64,000 nt of DNA, from positions 496,001-560,000 of the forward strand of contig NIVC01000070.1 in the NCBI GenBank assembly GCA_002269645.1, given 5' to 3'. Both the position numbers and the translations under genes were made by a program. The notes beneath the pieces were generated by a model. It searched no databases and was not told the DNA's origin. It saw only the letters and a list, made by a program, of their open reading frames with translations. Below, in pieces: positions 31,801 through 43,400 of this stretch; within the stretch, counting starts at the first letter, position 1, and each line of letters begins with the position of its first letter. Source of the DNA: Macrostomum lignano. Lineage: Eukaryota.

Positions 31801-34800
31801 TGCTTCCCCGAGTTCCCCCTGTGTTTGATGTCCCTGTGTACGCTCCTGAGGGCCAACCCCTTGAGGCAATGAGTTGCTACTCATGTTGTACGGACCACTG
31901 ACTATAAGAAATTTGTCACCCCTGTGCGTTCGATCCATGTACGTGTAGGTGTTCAGGTGTCAGCGAGCTGAGACGGGTACCTTTTTTGTCTTCTCGCTGG
32001 CTGCGGGTTGACCGTCGCCAGAAGTTGCGCAATTTCCCAAAGCCTTTGAAAATTAACTAACAAATACAATATAGCAACACGGAATGGTTAAGTAAAGAAT
32101 TCGATGAGCAAGGTGCAACATAAAATTTAATTCAAAAAACCGAAACAAAATTTTAGACCAAACGATGAGTCGCTAAAACTGAGCTTCAATGCAACAAGTA
32201 CGGAGAGAAACCTTCAGTCAGCTCAGACGCCCGTTTTGCTAAGACTGGCGGCGAAAAAGCAACAGCCACCTATGAGGCAATTGAGTTCAGGTGATCCACC
32301 GCAAAGGCACATACCCTCGCGAGCGCGTCAGTTGAGAAGACCTAGTAGTGAGATTCCAATCTCATTCGGTGGACCTAGCAGTGACCGGCCGTTGTATTCA
32401 TCGTCGAGAACCCATAAGGACAAAACTTACGTACCTTTTAACTCACAACAACAATGTGTCTTGAAAAAGCCAGATTTTTTTATTGCACCAGATAGTCGAG
32501 AGAACGAGGCGTTTTTGAATCCACAAGTGGCGTCAGACTGTGGTGCATCTTCATCTCCGCGAGTGAGCCATGAAAACGAGGCTTCCAAATTTACGAGCCT
32601 TACCGAAAACTCTTCAGAGCAATCTGGAAACGAGGTGTTTTCAGATTCTCCTGAGCGACCCGGATTTGGGAACGAGGTTTCTTCAGAGGATCCTCCCGAG
32701 CGACCCGAGGTTGGGAACGTTGTGTCTTCAGAGGATCCTCCCGAGCGACCCGAGATTGGGAGCGAGGTGTCTTTAGAGGATCTTTCTGAGCAACCCGAGA
32801 TTGGGAACGAAGTGTCTTCGGATCCTCCTGAGCGACCCGAGATTGGGAACGAGGTGTCTTCGGAGAATTCTCCCGAGCGACCCGAGATTGGGAACGAGGT
32901 GTCTTCGGAGAATTCTCCCGAGCGACCCGAGATTGGGAACGAGGTGTCTTCGGAGGATCCTCCCGAACGACTTGAAATTCGGAAAAAAGCGTCTTTGAAT
33001 CCTCCCGAGCGACCCGAGATTGGGAACGAGGTCTCTTCAGAGGATCCTTCTGAGCGACCTGAGAGTGGAGTAGTGTCTTTAGGCCCATCGGAGCGTCCAG
33101 AGAGTGGAGTGTCTTTAGATTCCACTGAAATTAAGTTATCCCCTAAGCTAATGGAGAGACCTGAGAGTGGAATATCTGTGAACTTGCCTAAAACTAAGTG
33201 TGGCACCTCTTCATCTCAAGAGGAAATTCAAAAAGGCAACGCGACTTCAAGCAAGCTAAAGCGGTCAAGGAGGACGTTGTCTTCAAGAAAAATTGTAGAA
33301 AAGCATTGCTTAGCTGAAGAGTCAAGTGTAAAACAGAGCAAAGATGCAGACTATGAGTCGGATCTAAAACACCAGATTTCCGAAGACTGCATCATGTCTC
33401 TAATCAAAGAGAATAAAGCGAGTTTATCTCTAAATGACTTGAACGAACTGCCACTTATTGCGGCAGCAAAATATGGCGATCCAAACCTTTTGCTCAATCT
33501 GCTAAACCACGGAGCTTCGCTCAATGAAAAGGACACCCTCGGACAATCGCCGATTACAGTAGCTAGTTACTATGGAAAGAGTGAGATTCTTAAAGCCTTG
33601 GAGGGGCGCCGCACTCTGGTTGACGAAGTTAACACGCGGGATAATTCGCTCAAAACTCCACTGATGCATGCCGCTGCTAACGACCATCCGGATGTAGTTG
33701 TGCTATTGCACAATATGGGAGCTGATGTGAACAAAAAGGTGAGTTATAGCTATATTCGTTTATCAAGCCCCCCCCCCCAATACCTGTGTGGCTTCTCAAA
33801 AGCATTGCTGGCATTTTGCTACCAGTACGGCAAGTTAAGCTGAGTCGGTCGCGGCTAGTACGCTAGCGCATTAAACTGAGCTTGAGTCTGTACCTGCTGT
33901 GAGTAGTGATAGCGCAATAACGCGGCCGAGTCTCGCGTCCCTGTATGTGTAGCTGTAGGTTTAGTCCCTGTAGGCTCGATTCCCTGTAGGTGTAGCTGTA
34001 GTTGTAGTCCCTGTAGGTGTAGCTGTAGGTTTAGTCCCTGTAGGCTCGATTCCCTGTAGGTGTAGCTGCAGGTGTAGTCCCTGTAGGTGTAGCTGTAGGT
34101 GTAGTCCCTGTAGGTGTAGCTGTAGGTGTAGTCCCTGTAGGTGTAGCTGTAGGTGTAGTCCCTGTAGGTGTAGCTGTAGGTGTAGTCCCTGTAGGCTCGA
34201 TTCCCTGTAGGTGTAGCTGCAGGTGTAGTCCCTGTAGGTGTAGCTGTAGGTGTAGTCCCTGTAGGTGTAGCTGTAGGTTTAGTCCCTGTAGGCTCGATTC
34301 CCTGTAGGTGTAGCTGCAGGTGTAGTCCCTGTAGGTGTAGCTGTAGGTGTAGTCCCTGTAGGTGTAGCTGTAGGTGTAGTCCCTGTAGGTGTAGCTGTAG
34401 GTGTAGTTCCTGTAGGTGTAGCTGTAGGTTTAGTCCCTGTAGGTGTAGCTGTAGGTGTAGTCCCTGTAGGTGTAGCTGTAGGTGTAGTCCCTGTAGGTTC
34501 GATTCCCTGTAGGTGTAGCTGTAGGTGTAGTCCCTGTAGGCTCGATTCCCTGTAGGTGCGGTCCCAAAAACTTTGGGTTTACAAAAATTGGGCCTGAGAG
34601 CTTTTTGTCTGTTGTTGACCAAGATTCATCGACATTTTATTTGCACATGTCGAACGATCCTCTTAACATCTAATTGCGCCATCCTCAAGCCATTAAATCG
34701 TGGAGATCACCCTTTCACGCTCTTTAGGATCGGTGTGAGCAAACCGCGCTGACCCACGCAGCCATTCAAGGCTCCGACAGGTGCGTCGAAGCTTTGATAA

Positions 34801-37800
34801 AGCTGAAGGCGGAGGCCCACACTGTGGACTATTGCGGCAACACGCCGCTCATCTGGGCGGCCAGAGAGAATCACAGTAGAGTTGTGGTGGCACTCGACCC
34901 GGCCTTGGACCAGCCGGCCTATTGGTCACACCGTGGGGAGTACCACATGTCAGCGTTGCAGTGGGCGGTGTACTTAGGCCATCGGGCCGTTGAGGATACC
35001 ATCAAGCAGTGGTGAGAGTTGATGCGATTAACTACATGTACAACAAGTACAGCAGAAGCGGCCTTGCTTGAGCAATATACAGTTAAACACTACTCCCAAG
35101 AGATTCGTTCACACCATCATCAAATTACGCCAAATTTTGGCAGGATGACTGCCAAATGAAGGATTATACGAGCTAGATGTGCAAGAGCACCTTTTTTGTC
35201 CTCGTTTTGTACATTATTACGTTAGTTCTGTAATTCGATGGCTAATTTGGTAGCGGTGTAAACAAGCCTCCAACGAAACGTCCGAGAAAACGTTTTCGCT
35301 CGAAGCCATTTACTTAGTGTAGAATAGCGTCAAAACTTTGGTGCGCTTGAAGTTATACAAGATAGAAGAAAATGCAATGCCTTCGCTCGAGCGTATAGCT
35401 GCGGTCTCTAGGCATATATGAAAGGCACAATAGATGGAATAAACTTTTGTTAAAACGGTATTCAGGCAATAACTATGAAAGAATTGGCATCTTCATAGCA
35501 TGCTACGAGCTAGTTCTCGCAACACTGGTTTTACGAGCAAACTGTCCATACCTCTCGAATATTATACAATAGAACTTTTCTCAAAGACTAGCGCTTTAGA
35601 CTGAAATTTTGTTCTATGCATACCAAAGCTGTCTTAATTTCGAATGGCTGGCTAAGCACTGAGGCGTTAAGGCCAGCAGCTGTATATGGTACTTCAAATA
35701 CTCGTCGTCGTCATTTTCTTTATGCGGTAAAATAGTGAGCAGAAAACTGCCTATAGTCTTTGCTCCGCAGCTAAAACTATACAGCACGTATAGCAAAGAG
35801 AAAACAAATGGGCATCGTAAAAAATTCTATTAGAACTTTGTTTAACTGCAATGACTGGGTATTCACCCCGCAAGACGTGGTTCAAAATAAAGCATTAGTT
35901 AAAAAAGCTATATGCTAAATAACGTCAAAGGTCTCAAAATGTAATGCTTCGAAAAGTAAAAGTCCACCTGTTGTGTTCTAGTTGATTGATTAAATTCAAT
36001 TCAGTTGGAGACACTTGAGTCTCGCTCAATATATTTATACTCATGTGCACGTTGAAAACAGTGTTACGCAATCGAAACAACGATACCATGATTGAACGCA
36101 CGATGCATATAAGGTAATTGAACAATTCTAGCCTCAAAGTTAGTTAGTTACAACACCTAGGCCCGATGCACAGTCACTACATTCTCCCCCTTCCGGAAGA
36201 GGATAACGCGCCGGTTGCCGTCGAGCTCGAGTTGACCTTCGAAGTTCAGGTGGAGGTGGCGGCTCGCCCGTCCGTGGGGCGGAGCCGGCGGCAGCGGCAA
36301 ATCGAACCAGTCGTCCTCTTGGTCGGCCGCGCCGTTGTCAGCCGGTGGGCTGTTGCACTTAACCAGCCGACTCGCTTGCCACTTTGTACCGTCGGACAGC
36401 ACGAAGGTGTTGCGCCCTGCTTTGGAGGCGATCTTTAGCGGTTCCTTCAGTCGGGTCGCCAGCTTGTGCGCTCGGTACGGCCTCTGTCGCCAGACCCAGT
36501 CTCCGGCCTGGAGCGTAGAGTCACGAGCCCGCCTTCGCTTGTTGGTGTAGTCGGCGTTCTTGGCTTGCCTCTCAATGATAGCGTCGCGCAGATCGCTGTC
36601 GTCCCGCTGTTGCACTGGAGTTGGCCTGAGCAGCTGCAGTCCGGACCGCAGCTTGCGCCCGATCATCAGCTCGGCTGGAGTCAGCCCGGTGAGAGCGTGC
36701 TGGCTGGTCCTGTAGGTCTTGAGCACCAGGTCGATGGCGTCCTCGAACTTCGCTCCCGCCCTCAGGTTCGCTGCCAGGCCCTCCTTCAGACTCCGGTTGA
36801 ATCGCTCAACTCCGCCGTTGCCTTGCGGGTAGTACCGGCTCACTCGGCTGTGCTTGATGCCCTCGGCTCGCAGGAACTCTTCGAACTCGTCGCTGACGAA
36901 CTGGGGTCCGTTGTCGCTGATCAGCATCTTCGGGACTCCCCACCGGCCGAATAGCTTCCGAAGCGTCTTGATGATGTTGGCAGAGGTGACGGTTTCCATG
37001 GCTGCAATCTCCGGCCACTTGCTGTACAGGTCGTGGATCACCAGTAGAAACCGCTGGTGTCGAGGAGCCGCGGCGACCTCGCCGAAGATGTCGATCTCGA
37101 CCTTGTCCCACGGTCCATCTGGCCACTCGATTGGTGTCACGATCGTCTGTTGAGGCTTGCCGGACTTCTCCGCCAGAGTGCAGGCCGTGCAGTTCTTGAC
37201 GTAGTCCTCCACCTGCCGGTCAATTCCAGGAAACCAGACCGTGTCGCGGCACCGCTGCTTTGACCGAACGACGCCCGGATGCCCTTCGTGGGCCTCCTCG
37301 ATGACTTGAAGTCGCAGGCTCGTCGGGATGATCGCGCGTTCACCACGACCGAGGCACTGACCGTTGTTCCAGCAGAACAGCTCGTCCCGGACGTTGAAGT
37401 ACGGCTTTAGAGAGCTGTCCACCTTCGTTGGCCAGCCGCCCGAGATGTACTGCAAAACCGCCTGCAGCACTTCGTCCTCCTTGGTCGCCGTTGCCAGTGC
37501 GTCTGCCGTCAGCGTTGTCTTCGAGTCGACGACTGCGTAGACGTAGCCCTCCTCGTCGGTCTCCTCGGCTGGAACGCGCTCCGTCGTGGCCCATCTGGAC
37601 AGCATGTCCGCGCACTTGTTGTCAGCGCCAGGGATGTGCTCAAACCGAACGTCGTAGCCGCGAAGTCTCTCGACCCATCGATGAATGCGAAGAGGCCTGT
37701 GCCCCATGCCTTTCGAGTCGAGCAGAGTTGTCAGGGCCTTGTGGTCGGTGCGCAGCGTTACTCGTCTGCCGTATAGATAGTAGTGCCAGCGTTCGATGCT

Positions 37801-40800
37801 CCATACACAGGCCAGGGCTTCTCGCTCTCCGGCTGAGTATCGCTTTTCCGCTGGGCTGAGTGCTCTCGATGCGAACGCGATTGGCACCTCTTTTTCGTTT
37901 TGTACTTGGCTGAGCACTGCCCCCAGTCCGTCTAGACTTGCATCGCAGGTGACGTACGTCTCAGCTTGGCAGTCAAAATGAGCTAACACTGGGCTGCTGG
38001 TTACGGCTGACTTGAGTGTACGGAAGGCTGTACGTTCCCGCTCACCCCAGTGCCAGTCCGCGTCCTTTTTGAGCAGTTGTCTCAGAGGCTCGGCAATTGC
38101 TGAGTAATGCGGTATGAACTTGTGCAAAAAGTTCACTGCCCGAGAAACGATTGAATTTGCGCGACCGTTGATGGCTCAGGAATTCTTAGAATTGCGTCGA
38201 CGTTGCACTTGGTCGGTTTGATGCCGTCTGCAGAGATGACCAATCCGAAGAAATCCACGCTCGCCTGCCGGAATTTGCACTTCTCTCGATTGAGTGTGAA
38301 GCCTTCGCGATGAATCCGCCCTAGGACTTCTCGGAGGTTCTTGTCGTGCTCAGTCTCGTCCTTGCCGTGCACCAGGATGTCGTCCACGATGTTGATGGCG
38401 CCAGGAGCTCCTCGAAGCACCGTCTGCAGGGCTCGCTGGAAGGCAGCTCCGGAGCTAGATAGCCCGAATGGCACCACGGTGAACTGGTACAGGCCGGCAT
38501 CGGTGATGAAGCACGTCAGTCCTCGAGAGTCTGGATGCAGCGGAATCTGCTGGTAGCCTTGACGCAGGTCCAGCTTGCTGAAGCACTTCGAGCCGTTGAT
38601 GCTGGCCGATAGGTCCTCGATTGACGGTACCGGATAGCGGTCCGCGATCACCGCCTTGTTGACCTGCCGCAGATCCACGCAGAGACGAACCTTGTTGGAC
38701 TCCTTCTTGCGCGTCACGACAACGTTGCTAACCCACTCGGACGCGTCGACCTTCTCAATGATGCCCTGTTGCTCCATCCGGCTGATCTCTGACGTCACTT
38801 CGTCCTTCAGGCCGATCGGCAGCTTCCGCATTGGCTGAGACACTGGCTTGACCGAGGCGTCGATCTTTGTCCGGTGAATGAAGCTCTTGGACCGGCCCAG
38901 ACCGTCGAAGATTCCGGGGAAGTCGCGCTCGATCGTAGTCTCGCTGATGCTCATCACTCTGTTGTCACCTTGGAAGATTTTGAATCCGAGGGCCTGAAAC
39001 AGGTCGCGGCCCAGGATGTTCGCTCCTTTGTCGGCGACGTAGAATGTGGCTTCTGTCCTGATGCCGTTGAACGTCACTGGAAGCTCGACCTTGCCGATGG
39101 TCTTGATCGCAGATCCGCCGTATGCCTCCAGTTTTGTGCTCGTCGGAAGCAGCGGGTGCCTAGCGAAGGACTTCTTGAACGTCTCCATGTTGAGCAACGA
39201 AACGGCGGCACCGCAGTCGATTTGCAGTCGAATCAGCTGTCCGCCCAGACGGCATTCGCAGAATAAGCTGTCTGTGCTCTTGTTGTTCACGGCCAGGACC
39301 GTCAGACTGGACTCTGCAGGCTCTTTGGTGTCGATCGCAGAGACCGCTTTCATGCGGCACATTTTCGCGAAATGGTTCGTCTTGCCGCATCGTCTGCATT
39401 TCTGGCCCATCGCCTTGCATTCGCCCTTGTGTCCGTGGTTGCCTCCGCATCGAGTGCACTTTGGACCTGCTGCTGCGGTCTTCTCATGGCGAGCAGCTGG
39501 CTTCGGCTTCTTGCTCAGCGCCTTCACGTGGAGCTCTGGGCCGCTGACCTGCTTGGCATCTTTGATGGCTGCTTCGATTCGCTCAGCCTTCTTGATGGCG
39601 TCATCTAGCGTCAGATCGTCCTCCTCCATCAGGAGTCTTTCCCTAATGCGAGGTACGCAGGTTTTCTCCACAAGTTGGTCTCGAATCATTTCGTCGTGAA
39701 AGGTGTCAAATTTGCAGTTTGTTGCCAGTTCTCTCAGGGCCATCACGTAGTCTCCGATGCTCCGCCGTCGTGCTGGGCTCGCTGCCGAAAGGCGAAGCGC
39801 TCTGCTATGACGCTTCTCGACGAGCTGAAAATCGCCTTCAGTGCCGTTTTGGTCTCCTGAAGCGACTTGCTTGCATCGACGTTTGCAGCTCGGCGGCGTC
39901 CTTCCTCACCAAGCAGATGCAGGAGGATCGCCTTTTTCCGACTCTCTGATGCCTCTTCGAGAGCTCCAGCTACCAGGAAGTTCTCAAATGACTTGATCCA
40001 CCTTGCCCATGGCACAGGAGGTTCGCCTGGTACTGGTTGAGACTCCGCTGGGTACGGGAGTCCGCTCGTCGCCATTTGTTGTGTTCTAGTTGATTGATTA
40101 AATTCAATTCAGTTGGAGACACTTGAGTCTCGCTCAATATATTTATACTCATGTGCACGTTGAAAACAGTGTTACGCAATCGAAACAACGATACCATGAT
40201 TGAACGCACGATGCATATAAGGTAATTGAACAATTCTAGCCTCAAAGTTAGTTAGTTACAACACCTAGGCCCGATGCACAGTCACTACACCACCCCTGAC
40301 AATGCTGTTGGTCTAGACTCGAAAATTTACTCACGAGTGTAGAATTGTTTCGTAATATTTTCACTAGAGCGGAAATCTACCAGCTCAAATCAAATATTCT
40401 TAAGCAGCGAAAGGGGCTAAAAAGCTAAAAAGTATTTTCGATGATGTGAAGTTTCGAACTTTAAGAGCAAAATCCGCACTCTTGAGGAGTCTCAAACAAT
40501 GTCGACTTGAAATTTCAAACTTTTTGAGAATTTAGGGAGCCTGCGAAGTAAAACATTGCTTAGGAAGTACATGTGATATTGTCAAACAACATCCTCTCAA
40601 AACAGCATTCGCAGACATCAAAGAGACGCTACCGCAGAGTCGGCAGCAGCTGCCGACGACGACGACCACGAAACTTTATCGTCGCCATGGAGCGAGGCGC
40701 TCGAGGCTGCGGACAGCGTAGCTCAACAGCCGACTCTGAGTCCGGTCGATGTTCAGGAGAGATACTGCATGACAGCCAGCTTCCGAGGCGTTGCTATAGT

Positions 40801-41464
40801 GATAAACAACATCGATCCAGAGTGTAACAACTCCGGTTTTAACGAAAGACAAGGCGCCATGGCAGACAGCAGCCAGACCGGACTGTACCAGGGCTTTAAG
40901 CGGCTGGGCCTGTATGTTGAGCTGCACAAGAACACTACTAGCCACTTCATGAAGAAACCCTTGCTAAGCTTAAACAGACCAATATCTGACTATGCACAGC
41001 ACGACGTATTTCTTTTGTGCTTGATGAGCCACGGTGAACATGGCTACATCTGCGGCTCGGATAATAATAAAATTTTATTGGAGTCGTTGTTTGAACAGGT
41101 GCGCGAGTGTCCCGGACTGGCTGGCAAGCCGAAGATCTTCGTCATTCAAGCCTGTCGCGAGGCGGGTACCCAACAGGCGACACCGCGGACTTGCCTACAA
41201 GGCTTGGAAGACTGTCTGTACATCTACAGCACCTCGGAGGGCCTGCCGTCGCACAGAGACCCTAACACTGGTGGCGCATTCGCGCAAGCGCTCAACAAGG
41301 TCATTTTGAGCGCCGATCTAAGGAGCAAAGAGTTCACCCACCTGTTGCCAAAGGTGGTTGACCAGGTTTATCAAGAAACCAACGGACAGCAAGTTGTTGA
41401 ATCGGTAACAACGCTTAGAAAGCTGCTGTACTTTCCAATTAGGGAGTCGCAGAACAGAAACTGA
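28817..41464 (+). CDS. SH3-like x3 / ankyrin-repeat / caspase protein, paralog 2 (1450 aa, open frame)
   Basis: Exons 28817-29368, 30094-30596, 30676-30727, 31108-31595, 31685-31717, 32157-33738, 34728-35011, 40606-41464; total 4353 nt, no stops. SH3 motifs TGQTGIFP and AVVVRAYSAREEDE..GWWLGEYNGR; ankyrins; caspase SHG and QACR. Confidence 0.88.
32630..33120 (+). repeat. Coding tandem repeat (~42-45 bp, SSEDPPERPEIGNEV-like)
   Basis: About 10-11 in-frame acidic/Pro units inside exon 6 of paralog 2; absent from paralog 1. Confidence 0.9.
33939..34557. repeat. Intronic 27-bp minisatellite (CCCTGTAGGTGTAGCTGTAGGTGTAGT) with interspersed Pol III B-boxes
   Basis: Tandem units. GG(C/T)TCGATTCC at 33973, 34043, 34194, 34291, 34496 and 34539. 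Confidence 0.9.
35969..40289 (-). mobile_element. Full-length Ty3/Gypsy (Mag-like) LTR retrotransposon in the last intron of caspase paralog 2
   Basis: Two apparently identical 213-bp LTRs (35969-36181, 40077-40289; TG..CA), TSD CCACC (35964-35968, 40290-40294), PBS TGGCGACGAG (40074-40065), PPT AAGGGGGAGAA. Confidence 0.97.
36157..40075 (-). CDS. Gypsy gag-pol, split by three apparent 1-nt deletions
   Basis: Gag (FRQRAQ..LRELATNCKF, knuckle CRRCGKTNHFAKMC), protease IDCGAAVS, RT (LDLRQGYQQI, VDDI), RNase H (CDAS..AFAS..ERE), integrase (HEGHPG..CTAC, EIDIFG, SDNGPQF, GVERFN). Frame breaks at ~39762, ~38140 and ~36277. Confidence 0.9.
40606..41464 (+). CDS. Caspase (peptidase C14A) domain exon of paralog 2
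   Basis: RGVAIVINN..ERQGAMAD..LLCLMSHG..LAGKPKIFVIQACR..DCLYIYS..SHRDP..FAQAL..TLRKLLYFP. Confidence 0.92.
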
Positions 41465-42220
41465 TTGAATATTTCCAAACTGACGAACTTTTTGCTAATT
41501 GTGTTAATCATAGCCATTAATTGCCAGTAGAACTAGCAAGGCTGAGGAAAGCATATCTATAGAGAACCTGCTAAAGAGCTAAAAAAAACAAAGAATCATT
41601 AGAAACCAGCATGTTTAGAAGGTGGTTTTAAATTTGATTCACTTTAAGTTCGGAAAATACTACTAGAAACGTGCAGAGAAGCCAAATTGCAGTATAATTC
41701 ATCGCACCTTCCAATGTTTCTAAACTTAGATACCTCTAATTAATTGCAAGGAAGTTTTCTACTTTTACCTCTGATTATTATTTTCTGTTTTTTACTAATA
41801 TTTCCGAGCAAACTATTTTCACAAAAAAAATAAACAAGTTTTGTTATAACGTTCATTTTTCAATTCGGTTTTATTGTCAATCAATGATATATCTGTTGCC
41901 GCAAGATACAGCGAGTTCTAGCTGAAGTCAGTAAACAGGCAGCTATTTTATTTTTTCTCAATTAACATTTACAGCTTTTAAACGTTGAAAAAATTCGTTT
42001 ATAACGACAAAACACGCAAATTTCGAAGAACATGATTACAATAATTTAGAACAGTGAAATGAAGCTACACAGCAATATCTAGATTAAAAAATGCGACTCA
42101 TTAATATCCAGAGCAAACAGGTACATGGTGCACTTGCAGTCGAGGGCCTGGCTAAAATTCTGTTGTGTCCAGTTGATTGCGTGCAATGCAGGCATTGTGA
42201 CTAAAAGCACTTGGCTCACC

Positions 42221-42638
42221 CAGATACTAGAATAACTAGATGGGCCACTCAGCACATTTGCGTGTAAGCTACTCTCAGTTCAGTAGTAAGTTAAACAGAA
42301 GCATTTTAATGCATTTTAAAGCCAAGGCTCATTTATTGGCTTTTACCCCCCCCCCAGCTTAGACCCTCCAACCGTTTAAACTACCCCCCCCGCCTGCCCC
42401 AATTTTATTGCTCTTCTCGTAATTCCACACCAAATCTGCCATGTACATTTCAGTGTTGTGGCCAATGTACATTACTGCTGAACCAATTAGCAAGTTGTTT
42501 ACGCCTGCAAGCTTGGGCTTCTAAACTTATCAAAGTCATTTAAGCTGCCTTTATCTTTATAAAATAGCTTATGTATTCTTCATTGCTACTGAACTGAAAG
42601 TAGAAAGCAGTTTTACTAAGTATATGTGCCTGCGTGGC
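42221..42638 (+). mobile_element. Dispersed ~420-bp repeat (non-autonomous DNA transposon-like), copy 1
   Basis: Highly similar direct copy of 49118-49541; begins with AATAACTAGATGGGCCA and lacks the right TIR. Confidence 0.7.
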
Positions 42639-43164
42639 ATAATTAGTAAGGCAGTTAATTTTTTAATTGTTTTTTACCTTCAGGTTACCAGCAATCAGTG
42701 GTTTATCAAATTAGCCACGGCTTCTTAGTCTCAAGACTCAATTAAATCATAAAAAACGATGCAATATTTTCAATTTAAGAACCACGACGTAAAACAAAGC
42801 ATAACAAACCAACTTCTATGCTCCATATTTAAGAAATAACTGCTATTAATTTTCAGCATGATAGCTTGTGGTCTTATTACTCGTACAGACGATAATTGCA
42901 AAAAAGCTTAGATAAAGATATGAATACTATTGTACATTATACTACAGCACCAATTATGAGTTAGTCGAGTCAACTTAGATTAACACTAATTTGCATTTTA
43001 AAAAATCAACTTTGCATTGCCAATGGTGCAAAGCACAAAGCTTATGCGAGCAATGACTTAAATTCAAGCCATCATAAAATGGTTATTAAAACGATCGCAA
43101 ACATATAATTTACTATATATTAAAAGTAAAAGCTCTCTAATGCTTATTAGCACTTCACTGATAC

Positions 43165-43400
43165 CTAATTGGCCTCTCACAAATACCTACTTAGCCTCTT
43201 GCTAATGCCTAATTAGCCTCTCACTAATGTCTAATTGGCCTCTCACTAATGCCTAATTGGCCTCTCGCTAATGACTAACTAGTGACTAACAAATGCCTAA
43301 TTAGCCTCTCGCTAATGCCTAATTGGCTTCTCACTATTGCCTAATCAGTCGCTGAAGTTACTAATACCTAATTGGCCTCTCACTAATGCCTAATGTTACC
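43165..43400. repeat. 22-bp minisatellite (GCCTAATTGGCCTCTCACTAAT)
   Basis: About 10 degenerate tandem units just downstream of the ABC transporter stop codon. Confidence 0.8.

Noticed and set aside
33855-34622. 255-aa minus-strand ORF (LHLQGL/YTYSYT repeats)
   Set aside because: Translation of an intronic 27-bp minisatellite.
38130-39770. Programmed ribosomal frameshifting in the Gypsy element
   Set aside because: The breaks fall inside gag and at the RT/RNase H junction, not at the gag-pol boundary, and there is no slippery heptamer; better explained as 1-nt deletions.
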